Of a DNA stretch of 64,000 nt, positions 12,873 through 24,969 are shown piece by piece. The position numbers and the translations under genes are program-made. This DNA comes from Eledone cirrhosa (lineage: Eukaryota). The stretch's first letter is position 1. The number at the start of each line of letters is the position of its first letter. The notes under the pieces were generated by a model. That model had not been told where the DNA came from, did no database searches, and saw only the letters and a list, made by a program, of their open reading frames with translations. Location: positions 68,634,001 to 68,698,000 of the forward strand of contig OZ024744.1 of assembly GCA_964016885.1 (NCBI GenBank), read 5' to 3'.

Positions 12873-13539
12873 CTAGCTGAGGTACCTGGCTTCGCCCAGG
12901 AGAATAGTTAAGAGAAGACGGATAAAAGAGAAAACGACTGTATTGGGTGTGTTGTCTGGTATGAGGTGAGACAGTAATGTGTGTGTGTATGAGAGAGACA
13001 TAAACAAAACAATCATAACACTTCCTTATTAGGCTGAGGGAGTAAAATACCGATTAAATGGTAGCATTGGCCTTGGATTTTAAATGTTATGAAATACCAA
13101 AGTCAGTATGATCTTTTTCAGTTCCAAAGGATGTCATCTGAAACACTGTAATATACCGCATAACATTGCTTCTGAAGTGTTTAGCCTCGTTAGTACGGAC
13201 TGTAGTATACGGATAAAAGCTAGAGGGTAGATTAATTTCAAATAGTATCAATTTTTCTTTGTTCTTTAAAATCAAAGACTGTAAAACTACTTTATAAAAG
13301 CTAACACAATATTGTTAAACTTTCCTATAGATTAAAGTACCGATAGTTTAAGCCATTTCTAGACTTTCGTGGGACCTTACTCTCTCTCTCTGAATATCGA
13401 ACACTTTAATTGTATCTCTCTCTGTATAACGGCATATCTCTCTCTTTCAGCCTCTCCCTCTGTGTCTCTCGCTCTTTAGATGTGTGTGTATGTATTTGCG
13501 TGTGTGTGCATCTGCGTGTGCGTGTATGCGTGTGTTTTT

Positions 13540-13550
<11 letters not shown>
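12873..13550 (-). mobile_element. Non-autonomous Helitron
   Basis: Minus-strand 3' end CCTGG-GCGAAG-CCAGG hairpin, then TACCTCAG CTAG|T; the 5' end is lost in (TA)n, so that boundary is approximate. Confidence 0.7.
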
Positions 13551-13586
<36 letters not shown>

Positions 13587-13649
13587 GGCGAGTTGTGTGG
13601 TTGCATTTAAGTATAATGAAAAGTAAAAGTTACGGGGGAAAGAGAGGAG

Positions 13650-13991
13650 ATGGAACCAGATGGACCATAACGCACCAATGTAGAGTGGGTAATCGGAACA
13701 AGTATGACCCCGACGGCAGAGCTCAAGCCCTTTCGACGCCTAATCCAGAATTAGCCGTCGAAACGGCTTGAGCTCTGCCGTCGGGGTCATACTTGTTCCT
13801 ATATATATATATATATATATATATATAACGAAGGAAATGTGGTAAGGAACCAGGTGGACCATAACGCACCAAAGTACTCAATACTTGGGGTAGTAGAGTG
13901 GGTAATAGGAACCAGTAAGACCCCGACAGCTGAGCTCAAGCCGTTTCGACGTCGAAACGGCTTGAGCTCAGCTGTCGGGGTCTTACTGGTT

Positions 13992-13996
<5 letters not shown>
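13650..13996 (-). repeat. Two PLE-terminus-like units ending in fold-back palindromes (13695-13799; perfect 92 bp at 13905-13996)
   Basis: Direct base pairing; further family copies at 29372-29563 and 33445-33570; all abut (TA)n. Confidence 0.85.
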
Positions 13997-14078
<82 letters not shown>

Positions 14079-14079
14079 G

Positions 14080-15360
14080 TTTGTATATGTATAATAGAGC
14101 CAAAACAATGCAGGTATGGACATAGAATAAAGAATGCAAATGCAAAAGATATTGTTGACAATTATTCTTTTACCTTAGATTTATTTAAATGTCCTTAATT
14201 TTCGAGATAATATCTCTTCTTCGGAGGGAAATAAAGCGGTTAAACCAGTGTTCTAAATAGCTTGCCAAGTCATGCTGACAGGAAATGGTATAGAGTATCT
14301 GTTCTCTAATGTTAAAGAGTTAAGGTTAGGTGGATAAAGAGTAGTCTCCCTTTAAAAAGTTTTTTTTTGTACATGCCTGTTTAAGTGTGTGGGAGAATGC
14401 ATGAAGGTGTAAGTATGTGAGTGTGTGTGTGTGAGAGAGAAAAAGTGGAGGTGTAAGTGTGTGTGTGTGTGCGTGCGTGTGTGTGTGTGTGTTGGGGGTG
14501 TGTGTGTAAATATGGGGATAGATGCTATATCAAGTTATAAATTGGGTGTTGAGTTCTAGTCTATTATTGATAGGTGGTTGTGTTTTGTCTATAATTAGTG
14601 CTTCCTTAATTCTAAGATTGCCGAGGTTTCTTTCCTTAGTTTCTATCCTAACTGTTATGGTTTTGTCGGTGTTTTTGCATTTAACTAGGTGTTTCTTAAA
14701 TGAGGAAGCGTTAGTATTGAGGTGGTCTTTTATTCTTATGTGGAGTGGTCTGGTGGTGCTACCTACGTAGAAGTTGCTGCATTTGTCACACTCTAGTCTG
14801 TATACGACGTAAGCCTGGTGGCATAGGTCTGTGTCGTTGATGGGGCAGTTGGCTAGCCTGCAGCAGTTATCATGTCTGGTGGAGTGTCTTTTGGTTAGCT
14901 GTCCGCGTAGAGAAGGACCTGAGTGGGCCAGTTGGATATCTAGTCCCTCTCGTCTGATAGCTCTGCGGATGGCTGTTGTTGTTTCGTCACTGAAGTGTGG
15001 GAGCTTCAGGAGGCAAGTGTTAGTGCCTCGGGTGTGGTGTCCTCTGTTCTTTCTGGCACGGTTTGTGGTGGATCTCGTGGTGGATGTTCAGTTTGAGTAC
15101 TTCCAGGAAATGTGTGGTGTGTGTCTCGGTCTCTAGCGTCGGTGCATTTGTTCCGCATACGTGTTAGTTCGTTCCTTATGTATCCGAACTTAGCGCCGGC
15201 TGGGAGGGCCGATCTGAAATGTACGAACATGCTGGCGGCTTTTTTATAGAAGCAGATGTGGATGTTACCTTCCTCTGTTACCCTGAGTTGGAAGTCCAGT
15301 AGGGATAGGGATCCGCGGTCATCGAGGTGTTCATGCTGAACTTTATATTGGCGTCCATGC
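14080..15360 (-). mobile_element. 3' part of a Penelope-like element (RT thumb, GIY-YIG, pLTR)
   Basis: Minus strand: LSLLDFQL...FYKK...HFRSALPAGAKFGYIRNELTR; CRLANCPINDTDLC; VVYRLECDKCSNFYVGSTTRPLHIRIKDH...IKEALII; stop near 14529. Confidence 0.88.
14192..14228 (-). ncRNA. Minimal hammerhead variant (CCGAAGA core)
   Basis: CCCU-CCGAAGA-A-GAGAUA U UAUCUC-GAAA-AU-UA-AGG, located in the 3' pLTR of the PLE. Confidence 0.6.
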
Positions 15361-15950
15361 TGGCATGTTTTTTTTTATATTGGCGTCGATGCGTCCATGT
15401 TTTTTTATATATGTGAATTTATTTATATTTCTCTTAGGTCAGAATTGTTTGTTTGGGTGTTGTTGTTATTCCATTCATTTTTTTCTGTACACACACACAA
15501 ACGCATGCGCAGAAAAGAAGACAAAAATAAATAAATAAATAAACAGATTAAATAAAGATAGCGTAAATATACAATACAACAGTAGGAATATAATAGCACC
15601 ACTGACGATGTTGCAGATGTGCAACGAAAGAACTTTGTAAGACTATATATATGCGTTTATATCTATATTATATCTGTAATTTTGACCGTTGGTCAGTCAA
15701 TGGTAAACATTGAGGACCGAATGAATTAACTCACAGGTTCAAAACCCATTTAGGCCAAACTTTTGTGCCTCGAAATCATGAAACGCCCCCCTACCCTATT
15801 TTTCCATTTTTCAATATACTACTGATTTTGATATCAGTCGATTACTAAAAAATTGATTAACAATATTCCAAAGATACCATTGCAGGCAGCTGAGAGTATA
15901 AATACATTCCTTGAAAGGAAATACATAAATGTTCTTTTTTATAAATAAGG

Positions 15951-16095
15951 AAGGCGCATGGCTTGGTGGTTAGAGCATTGGTCTTGCAATTGAAAGGTTG
16001 TGAGTTCAATTCTCGGACCGGGTGATGTGTTGTTTCCTTGAGCAAGACACTTTATTTCACATTGCTCCAGTTTACTCAGCTGTAGAAATGAGATG
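15951..16095 (+). mobile_element. tRNA-derived SINE (family S2)
   Basis: A box TGGCTTGGTGG, B box GAGTTCAATTC, central TCCTTGAGCAAGACACTTTA; second copy at 59235-59338 on the minus strand. Confidence 0.85.
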
Positions 16096-16134
16096 ATAGA
16101 ACTGGGGTCCCTATCATTCCACTGCAAAGTGGTC

Positions 16135-16388
16135 GTGGAGGTGCCACGGCAAAAAAAGCACCTAGCCCACATTGTAAAAGTGGACATGTAAAAAAGCGCC
16201 ACAGAAAAAAGCACCCAGCACTCACTGTAAATGAGGTTGGTGTTAGGAAGGGCATCCAGCTGTAGAAATCAAACCAGAATCAGTTCCTGTATGAGCAAGA
16301 CAAGGTCAGCTGACCGGACACTGCCCACAACATGACAACCCGTCTAACCCATGCTAGCGTGGAAGAAGACGTAAAACGGTGCTGCTGA
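16135..16388 (+). mobile_element. SINE body and tail with an RTE-like 3' end
   Basis: GGTTGGTGTTAGGAAGGGCATCCAGCTGTAGAAA...AACCCATGCTAGCGTGGAA...GACGTAAAA; recalled as typical of cephalopod SINE tails, not verified. Confidence 0.6.
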
Positions 16389-16788
16389 AGGACCAGTTGA
16401 GACCAGACGATACCAGCTATTATGAACAAGAGCAACTCTGTCTATCCAAAGAGTGGTCTTATCTGGAAGAAAGTGGCAATTATATCATTTCAAAGCTTTC
16501 CAATTTTCTCTTTATTGAAACGGACAGAATAAATGTTGATATCTAACTTGATGTCCCCTCCGCTTTGTGAGCTTAGAGACAATGGAAGAGGATTTTCATG
16601 ACTATATAAGAGGGTATATTTATTAGTAAATGGTAAAATATATACAACAAATGAGTAAGTGAATTGGTGTAGATGGTTTCCAGTCCAGTCAGACTGCAAC
16701 TACAAATAAAAAAATTGTTAGTTTGCTTTGTAACAATAGCATATCTAAGTTTTTGGATAAATCAACTTACTTTAACTTTGACCTCATT

Positions 16789-17845
16789 TCAATGGAACCC
16801 TTGAACTTCAAGGAGTCTAGCTAACTTTTTGACGTGAGGCTGAATTTTCGTAAGATGTAGCCAGTGATCTCCACGTGAAATTACATTGCAGCGGTTGCGA
16901 GACTTACTGTGTAGTCTGCAAACAGCACCAAACCTCCTCTCGACTAAGTATGAGCTTGGAAAAGGCAGAGCAAATCTCTTAGCCTCTGCTTGTAGGAGTG
17001 GAAATCGACGCTGAATGTCCTCTTGTATTAAAAAAAAGGGGTTCACCTATTTTGGGAAATCTAATTTTGATCATGTCATCTGCTTGAAGTTCAATGAATT
17101 CTTCCTGAAATTTGACGTCCAAATCATCGACGTTAGCTATGAAGGGATCTGCTACCCATATTGGGATGTCCATCTGCAAAAGGTCGACAAACCGTTCTCT
17201 TATGTTGCCTTGTAGTGCACGGAGGTGCGCAGTATAAATTTGGAGTTGGTCATCGCTTACAATGTTTTGAACATTGGCGACACTAGGAAAATTATAGAAT
17301 TCACGTCAACAAAGATTCCTTTCGATGACATTCAATTTGGCCAGGAATGTTTTCACAGCATTCCTTGCTTTAAGCAAGATGATCTTCTTCCCCTGGAAAG
17401 CCATAATGACACTATTGCATTTGTCAAAGATGTTAGCGAGGTAGGCGCAGTCTTGCCTCACATCGAGTGTTTTCTTGTACAGTTCTGTGTTGCGTCCTCG
17501 AAGAAACTCAATGATAGAGTCGAACAGTTCAAAGAAGTGAGTAAGGCACTTGCTCTTTGAAAGCCACCTCACTTCATTATGAAAGAGCAACTTGACGAAT
17601 TCTTCGCACAGTTGCCGAAAAATTCGTTCATCGAGGGAATGGCGTTTGATAAAATTGATGACATCAATGGCCACCTGCAAGGACTTGCTTAGCGGCTCAC
17701 TGAGTTTCTTCGCAGCCAAGTGTTGTCGATGAATGACACAATGAACAGCAAATACAGATAGATTTTTTTCTCTTCAGAAGAGTGACGAAACCTTTATGTT
17801 GGCCGACCATTGCTCTTGTGTCGCCCGTAGCACATGATACAATGT
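16789..17845 (-). pseudogene. hAT (Charlie/Buster-like) transposase, decayed
   Basis: HCVIHRQHLAAK, EVRWLSK, YLANIF, C-terminal FPSSYLVERRF dimerisation motif; a hAT-like subterminal GTACCCCAGGGGGCG lies near 18705-18720. Confidence 0.88.
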
Positions 17846-18278
17846 GTGTTGTATGTAGTCCTAGATGTATGTATTACCTGCTTGTGTGTTGTATGTGATC
17901 CTAGATGTGTGTATTACCTGCTTATGTGTTGTATGTAGTCCTAGATGTATCTATTGCCTACTTATGTATTGCATGTGGTCCTAGCTGTATGTATTACCTG
18001 CTTGTGTCGTCCTAGATGTGTGTATTACCTGCTTATATGCTGTATGTAGTCCTAGATGTATGTATTACCTGCTTATATATTGCATGTGGTCCCAGCTACA
18101 TGTATTACCTGCTTGTGTGTTGCATGTGGTTCTAGATGTGTGTATTACCTGCTTATGTGTTGTATATGGTCTTAGATGTGTGTATTACCTGCTTATGTGT
18201 TGTATGTGGTGCTAGATGTGTGTATTATCTGATTATGTGTTGAATGTGGTTCTAGATGTGTGTGCTACCCGTTTCTGT
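17843..18278. repeat. 40-bp minisatellite, about 11 copies
   Basis: Unit TGTGTTGTATGTRGTCCTAGATGTRTGTATTACCTGCTTR. Confidence 0.92.
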
Positions 18279-19200
18279 GTTTTTTCTTTTCTTTTTTTGT
18301 TTGTAATATTATTTATACAATAGGGAATGAAATAGATCTACATAGTGTTATCTCGTTACGGTTGAGTCAATAATTTCAGACATGAAATACATTGTTATCG
18401 GTGAAGGAAAGACATGATTCTAATTGGCTGCGCTCAAAGTGTCCTTGACCCAGTTTACTGTGGGTTTTTTCCATTTTTAGGATCTCAATTGCTGGTTAAT
18501 GTCTAAACACGCCTGCACACCTGCTTACAGCTGCGGTCAGACCATAGTTATGCTGTCTGCATGCTCATTCAAATGCATTCACACTGGCTGTCTCAGAGAC
18601 AAACAAATATGGCTTATAAAATTTACCAAAGTAAAGAGTCTTCCAGTGCCCCTAGCACCTCCCTGACGCCTCCTTGCTCCAAAACGCCGCCCTGGAGTTG
18701 CAAAACGCCCCCTGGGGTACATTTATGTATGTATGTATGTATGTATCTTTGTAGAGATGCGTGGACCTGTAGGTAATAGTCGCATATTTGTAAGAGTGTA
18801 TATGAGCCAGTGTGAGTGTGTGTGTGTACGTGCACCCACTGTAGGATAAGGGCTTGTTTGTGTGTATATATATATATGTATATATATATATATACATATG
18901 TATGTGTGTTTGCGAGCGAGTCTGTTTTTGTGCCTGTATATATGGACACGTGTGTGCATGTGCGTGTCTATGTATATGTATGTACGTGTTTGCGTATACC
19001 AGTAGATATACACGTATGCATGTGTGTGCGCCTGTGTGCATCTGCGTGTGTGTGTGAGAGAGCTGATGTACGTGGGCATCTAAGCAGGCGTCTGTGGACG
19101 CGTATGTCTATAGCTTTATGGGTTCTCTTTGGGTGCGTATGTATAGCGGGAGTATATGCGTACGGATGTTGTTATTTATATGATTGTGTGCGTGTGTGTA

Positions 19201-19231
<31 letters not shown>

Positions 19232-19456
19232 GTGTGTGTGTGTGTGAGTGCGCGCGTGGACGTGTGAACTACCAAACCCAGCAGGGATTCATTGAAGTGT
19301 GGCAGGAAAAAGGACAGCTGATGGTCAGTTTGACAGTACCTGTTGGCCAAAATTTATGATGACGTAGAAGAACAACAGCCAATAGCAGGACGAGCGAAGA
19401 GGATGTTTTTTGACGCTAACACCCCAGTGAGAAAATTTGATCCGAAGTCATTAGAA

Positions 19457-19544
19457 GTGTCCGACGAACCTGCAGTACCAGAATCAGACAGATCCACACA
19501 ATGATCGTGTCTCGAGCTGTCTGGCGGCGAAACAATTGTAACAC
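19457..19544 (+). ncRNA. Type I hammerhead variant (CCGACGA) with extended stem II
   Basis: GUGU-CCGACGA-...CAGACAG/CUGUCUG...-GAAA-CAAUUG-UA-ACAC. Confidence 0.7.
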
Positions 19545-19720
19545 ACAATAAATTGAGTTCAGATGCATCACTGATTTTTCGTTTCATATTATATCACACT
19601 CTGCTCTGTAAGAACATAGAGTGCTCAACCGGCATACCGCCTATGGAAGCTTCTTAGCTACCATCAGACACACATATATATTACGCTCCTCCACAAGTAG
19701 AGCGCTTACAGCGATTCGCC

Positions 19721-22560
19721 ATGGAAAAATTCAATTACTCTTCCTCTTTAAAGGACATCCTGATACCGTCTCACAACACGTACATGTGTTTACTGATACA
19801 CCACACCAACTCTTTCGTTAGACGCATGAGATGGCGCGCATTTCACCAAGACAGAAGGACACAACAAGACGCACCCGATAATCCTCAGGACCACCTAAGG
19901 CGGATCTTTAGATCTAGACGACACCCACCACATAACGCACAGCTGGAAGAATTTGAGACCCGTATCATCAACATAGTCCGAAACATCAAGTTCCGAAGGA
20001 GTAATACACGACATGCGGATTACCTCCGGAGTTTAAGCTCCACAATCAAAAGCATGGAAGAATGCCAGGATTTACTTGTGCCCTCGAACAAAACTGGTAA
20101 TGTATACATGCTTGACCGTCTTACATACAACGACTGCATCGGGAAAGAGATTAGGAAAATTACAGGACCACAGGACAGGACAACTTAGATAACATTAATG
20201 CCACGACCAAAAAGAAATAATGACCGGGCTAGGAATAGATGATAGGGCCGAAATATATGTACCTAGAAAACCTTGGATATCCATTAAGGATCATAAATTA
20301 GACTTTAGTACTAATCTACCGGTTAGGTTAATAACACCCTCCAAATCAGACATAGGTAGGACCAGCAAGAATATCATAGACAGGATACTACCGGTACTTA
20401 GGAACAAAACTAGGCTTAGCTTATGGACCTCCACTAAGGAGGTAATTGGCTGGTTCTCGCTAATAGATAGCAAACAGCAGGTACATTTTATTCAATTAGA
20501 CATAGCGAATTACTACGCGTCAGTATCTCCTGTAATAGTGAACAAGGCCCTCATGAGCGCCATGGTCAAGTCCAACCTCACTAGGGAGGAGGCTAGCCTC
20601 ATAGTAGCAGCTAGAAAGACGCTAATTAGATTAGAAGACAAGTTATGGGAGAGGAGGGACAGACCCGACAGTTTCGATATTACCATGGGGTCGAGCGACT
20701 CGGCGCAGGTGACCGATCTGGTGGGGATCTATGATAGAGGAGATATATCATCTATCTCCTCCATAGATTAGCGGAGGAAATCCTAGGAGTCGGCGGAGGA
20801 ATATACATGGACGACGCACTTTTTACCTTCCGTTCCCTAAACCCCAGCCAGATGGAGCGTATGAGGAAGCGCATATCGCACTTTTTTAAGCAACACGGCT
20901 TATCCGTGGCGATAGATCCTAAGCACTAAGACGGTGAATTTCCTGGACGTTACCCTAGAAATGAATACGGGCATCCACCGACCTTATCACAAGCCCAATG
21001 AGAACCTGCAATATGTGAACAGGCAATCGAACCACCCCAGGTCAGTCTTAGAAGCAATAGTTAAAGGGGTATCTAAACGCGTATTCACCCTGTCGGCCAA
21101 CGCAGACGTGTTCAAACAGCACGCCGAATATTATAATGAGGCACTGCGCAGGGCCGGTTACACAATTAGCATAGTGTATACCACAGACAGGGAAGAGCCT
21201 AGCGCCGAGGCATGTGGATACATCAATAGCTGTGGCACTTCCATAGGTAGAAGAAATGACCCGGTACTAGCCTCCAAGAACACGAGTAGCAGTACAGTTC
21301 ACCTTAAAGACACAGGACCGACAATAGGAGAGACGAAGACACACACGGGCGCTAGACCACCCAGTACACGTAGGCAAAAGCCCGGCACGCACACCACATG
21401 CGTCGCGGAAACTAGAACTAGGGACAGGGTAACGACAAGTACGACCGTGGCACCCGCTAAAGGGAACACCCGGCCTGGTAGCAGTGGTATAGCCCCGACA
21501 ACAGCACCACATAGCATTAAAGAGACTAACAGTAGAGCCGACAATACAAAACGGAATACCTTAGTAAGTGATAGGCATAACCATGACGCCCACATTAGAC
21601 ATACAGATAGAGGCAACATAGGGGACGTAATAATGGGCGGGCAAAACCCGAGACGGACATCAGACCCAAGACACACTCACACTACTACATACACACACAC
21701 GAAAGAACAAGACTAGATCTAAGGCCGTTACATGGTTTAACGCGCCGTATTCTAAGCATGTATGCAGCAACGTGCCAGGGCTTTTTTTCCGAGCGTTAGA
21801 CGAGTGCTTCCCGACGTCGAACAGATACCAAAAGATTTTCAACCACCACACGGTGAAGTTTTCCTTCTTCACAACACCCAACATGGCCAACTACATGGCC
21901 AAAGCTAACGCGGCGAAGTAGGGGAACCTCGACCGTCAACCGCGGCGGAAGAATGACCGTCCATCGGAGCCCGAAGGGCCCCTCGAGGGCCGGTCTTCCA
22001 AAAACAACCCGGCCCACGCGGCGGTCGCCACGCTCGCGGAAAGCGATACAATCCAACACCGGGAGGGAACGAGTGGCGGAGGGGAGACCACCGTGCCGGT
22101 GGAACAACACCCTGAGATTCGGGAGAGGGCCCTAGCAGATCAAAGGCCAGGCGTCCGAAATGAACAAAAGAACGACCGAACAAGTAACTGAAGAGCGGGC
22201 CCCCCTGCAGGGAAGATCCCTGACGAAGGGCCTGGTATATAAATGTATGGTTAGCACGCACAATATGAAGCGCACCTACATCGGCGCAACATCCACGACC
22301 TTGAAATCGCGGATGTATAACCGCACGAACTCTTTCATGGACCGCAGTAAGAGGCACTCTACCAGGCTAGCGGACCTGGTGTGGGACTTGAAAGACAATG
22401 GCACCCCGTACGCCCTTGACTGGAGTATCTTTCAGCACGCGAATGCATACTCGGCTGGAAGTAGAAAGTGTAGCCTATGCCTATACGAGGCCATGGAAAT
22501 AGTCAGACTGAGGATGATGCGGTCAACCTGAAATCGGAAATAATCATGACGTGCAGACAC
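19721..22560 (+). pseudogene. PLE ORF: reverse transcriptase plus C-terminal GIY-YIG endonuclease, interrupted
   Basis: RRMRWRAF; NKTGNVY; KDHK..RLITPSKSDIGR; DIANYY; MGSSDSA; IYMDD at 20801-20815; FLDV; VYKCMVS...TYIGATS. Confidence 0.92.
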
Positions 22561-23416
22561 CAGAGAAGGTACACACTCTCCGCATGGAATCCACTGGGAA
22601 GCCCAGGCTAAGGGCATGCGGTGGAGCGCACGCCGATCAGAGCGGCGAAACGGGTGCAAGGGATCAGACACCATACCCTGATTACAGTATATGCCCTCTG
22701 GGGTAAACTAAAATAACCTAAGATGCATACCCGACTGTGCACGTCACCTTAGGCAAGAACATCGCCTGAGCCGGGACAGGTTGACCCGGATTCTACTGAC
22801 TTTCAGTCAAATACCTTACACCTATAGGACAACATACCTCAACCACAGTGACATACTCCAATATGGCCGGGCTACACACCCCCATGCATGTGTACCTTTT
22901 CAATCGAGAATACATACTCTCCACGTGTTCCATTTTGGAACACATATTATTTGTTCCGTATACAGGCCCAAGTTTACTCCCCATATGTACTATATCCCCA
23001 TACTCCCCATATGTACTATATCCCCATACTCCCCATATGTACTATATCATACGCACACACGTCCCTTCTTTCTTCTCTCTTCTTTTTATATATCTCTATG
23101 TGACGTTATATGTATATTTTTAATATATTGTATATTTCTTTTTTATATGTGTGTATATATGTATGCGTATATGTATATATGTGTGTATATATAAATATAT
23201 ATATATATATAAGTATATGTGTATGTGTATGGATGTATGTATATTGTTATATTGTTTATATATGTGCATGTTTACTATAAGATACATCCTTTAATGTATG
23301 GCGTTTATGTATATTTTAGTATATTTAGGTTTTCTTATATATGTGTATGTATGTGTGTGTATGTACATATGTGTGTGTGTATGTGTATATATATATATGT
23401 GTGTATATATATGTAT

Positions 23417-23478
<62 letters not shown>

Positions 23479-23734
23479 ATGGATGTATATGGTTATATTG
23501 TTTATATCTGTGCATGTGTATAACAAGATACATCTTTTCATGTATGACCCATTGTGTAGCTTTATATGACTTTGTGTGTATATCATATTTGTGTATAGAC
23601 ATATATATGTATGTATGTATCTTTGTAGGCGTGCCTGTAGGTAATAGGCGCATATTTGTAAGAGTGTATATGAGCCAGTGTGTGTGTGTGTCCGTGCACC
23701 CACTGTAGGGTAAGGGCCTGTCTGTGTGTGTATA

Positions 23735-23766
<32 letters not shown>

Positions 23767-23883
23767 CATATATATGTGTTTGCGAGCGAGTCTGTTTTTG
23801 TGCCTGTATATACGGACACGTGTGTGTATGTGCGTGTGCGTGTCTATGTATATGTCTGTACGTGTTTGCGTATACCAGTAGAT

Positions 23884-23974
23884 CGGCGGGGTTTGAACTC
23901 AGATCATATCATTAAGGGACGTAACTCTATGCTTCAAAGCATGGTGTCTGACTCTCTACTGATACTGCCAATCC
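23884..23974 (-). mobile_element. SINE S1 5' fragment
   Basis: tRNA-like head (TGGCAGTATCAG...GAGTTCAAACC on the minus strand). Confidence 0.8.
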
Positions 23975-24326
23975 ATATATATATAATACTGTTAAGAGAG
24001 ACGAACAAAGATATAGAGTTATATGTGTTCAAATGACAAGGGACAGAGACGGCCAGGGTAAAGAAAATAGTGACTGAAATAGTATGATTCACAGAATCCA
24101 ATGAAAAAGATAAATTGAGAAAAACGAACCTACCATGATAACTATCATGTACCCGGACAGTTTATGGGTAGACTGTTTCGTAAAGTTCAGCGAGGAGAAT
24201 TATTGGGGTGATGCTTCTCAACCCACGGCAATATTCACTTAACTACTATGTTTGGTAGAAAACTAAATAACACACACACACACGCACCAATGGCAACACA
24301 CACATGCACCAATGCACACACACACA

Positions 24327-24373
<47 letters not shown>

Positions 24374-24423
24374 GTATAATAATATAAGGAAGAATGGTTA
24401 CTCCTTCATTATAATTATTGGTT

Positions 24424-24508
24424 GGTGACGCGCGTTTCGCTACTGATCAGCTTAAGGTTCGATCTGTATCGATCTAACCCGACTCTGGAATCAAAAGCTC
24501 GTCGGACC
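24424..24508 (-). ncRNA. Type I hammerhead variant (CCGACGA) with branched stem II
   Basis: GGU-CCGACGA-GCU...AGC-GAAA-CGCGCG-UC-ACC; GUC cleavage triplet and palindromic stem III. Confidence 0.75.
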
Positions 24509-24569
24509 TCTGTAGTAGTGATGACATTCTGTCATTGTATCATTGTCATTCGTCCTTGTATTATTATAG

Positions 24570-24968
24570 TGGATTGGCGGTGGGCGGTGGATTGGCAGTA
24601 TCGGTAGAGGGTCGGACGCCATGCTTTGACGCATAGAGTTACGGCCCTTGCCATTCTGAGTTCAAAGCCCGCCAAGGTTAACTTTGCCTTTCATCCTCAT
24701 GGGGTCGATGAAATAAAGTACCAGTAATGCACTGGGTAATTGCTGGCCTTGTGCCAAAAGTAGAAACAATTATTATAGTGGATTGGCAGTATCGGTAGAG
24801 TGTCGGACGCCATGCTTTGAATCATAGAGTTACATACCTTTATGATCTGAGTTCAAATCCCGCCGAGGTTTAACATTGCCTTTCATCCTTACGGGGTCGA
24901 TAAAATAAAGTACCAGTAATGTACTGGGTAATTGCTGGCCTTGTGCCAAAAGTAGAAACAATTATTAT
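24570..24968 (+). mobile_element. Two head-to-tail SINE S1 copies
   Basis: A box TGGCAGTATCGG and B box GAGTTCAAA each occur twice; both copies end in AAAGTAGAAACAATTATTAT. Confidence 0.92.
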
Positions 24969-24969
24969 A

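Larger units (their letters stand above)
18732..23883 (+). mobile_element. Full-length decayed Penelope-like element with direct pseudo-LTRs
   Basis: 18732-19007 is repeated at 23607-23883; an HHR lies upstream of the ORF; RT plus GIY-YIG coding region. Confidence 0.9.

Noticed and set aside
24140-24235. GAAACAGU...ACUGUC hammerhead 3' half (minus strand)
   Set aside because: No CUGANGA 5' half found.
15951-24968. tRNA genes at A/B-box sequences
   Set aside because: No complete cloverleaf; they continue into SINE bodies and some have TSDs.
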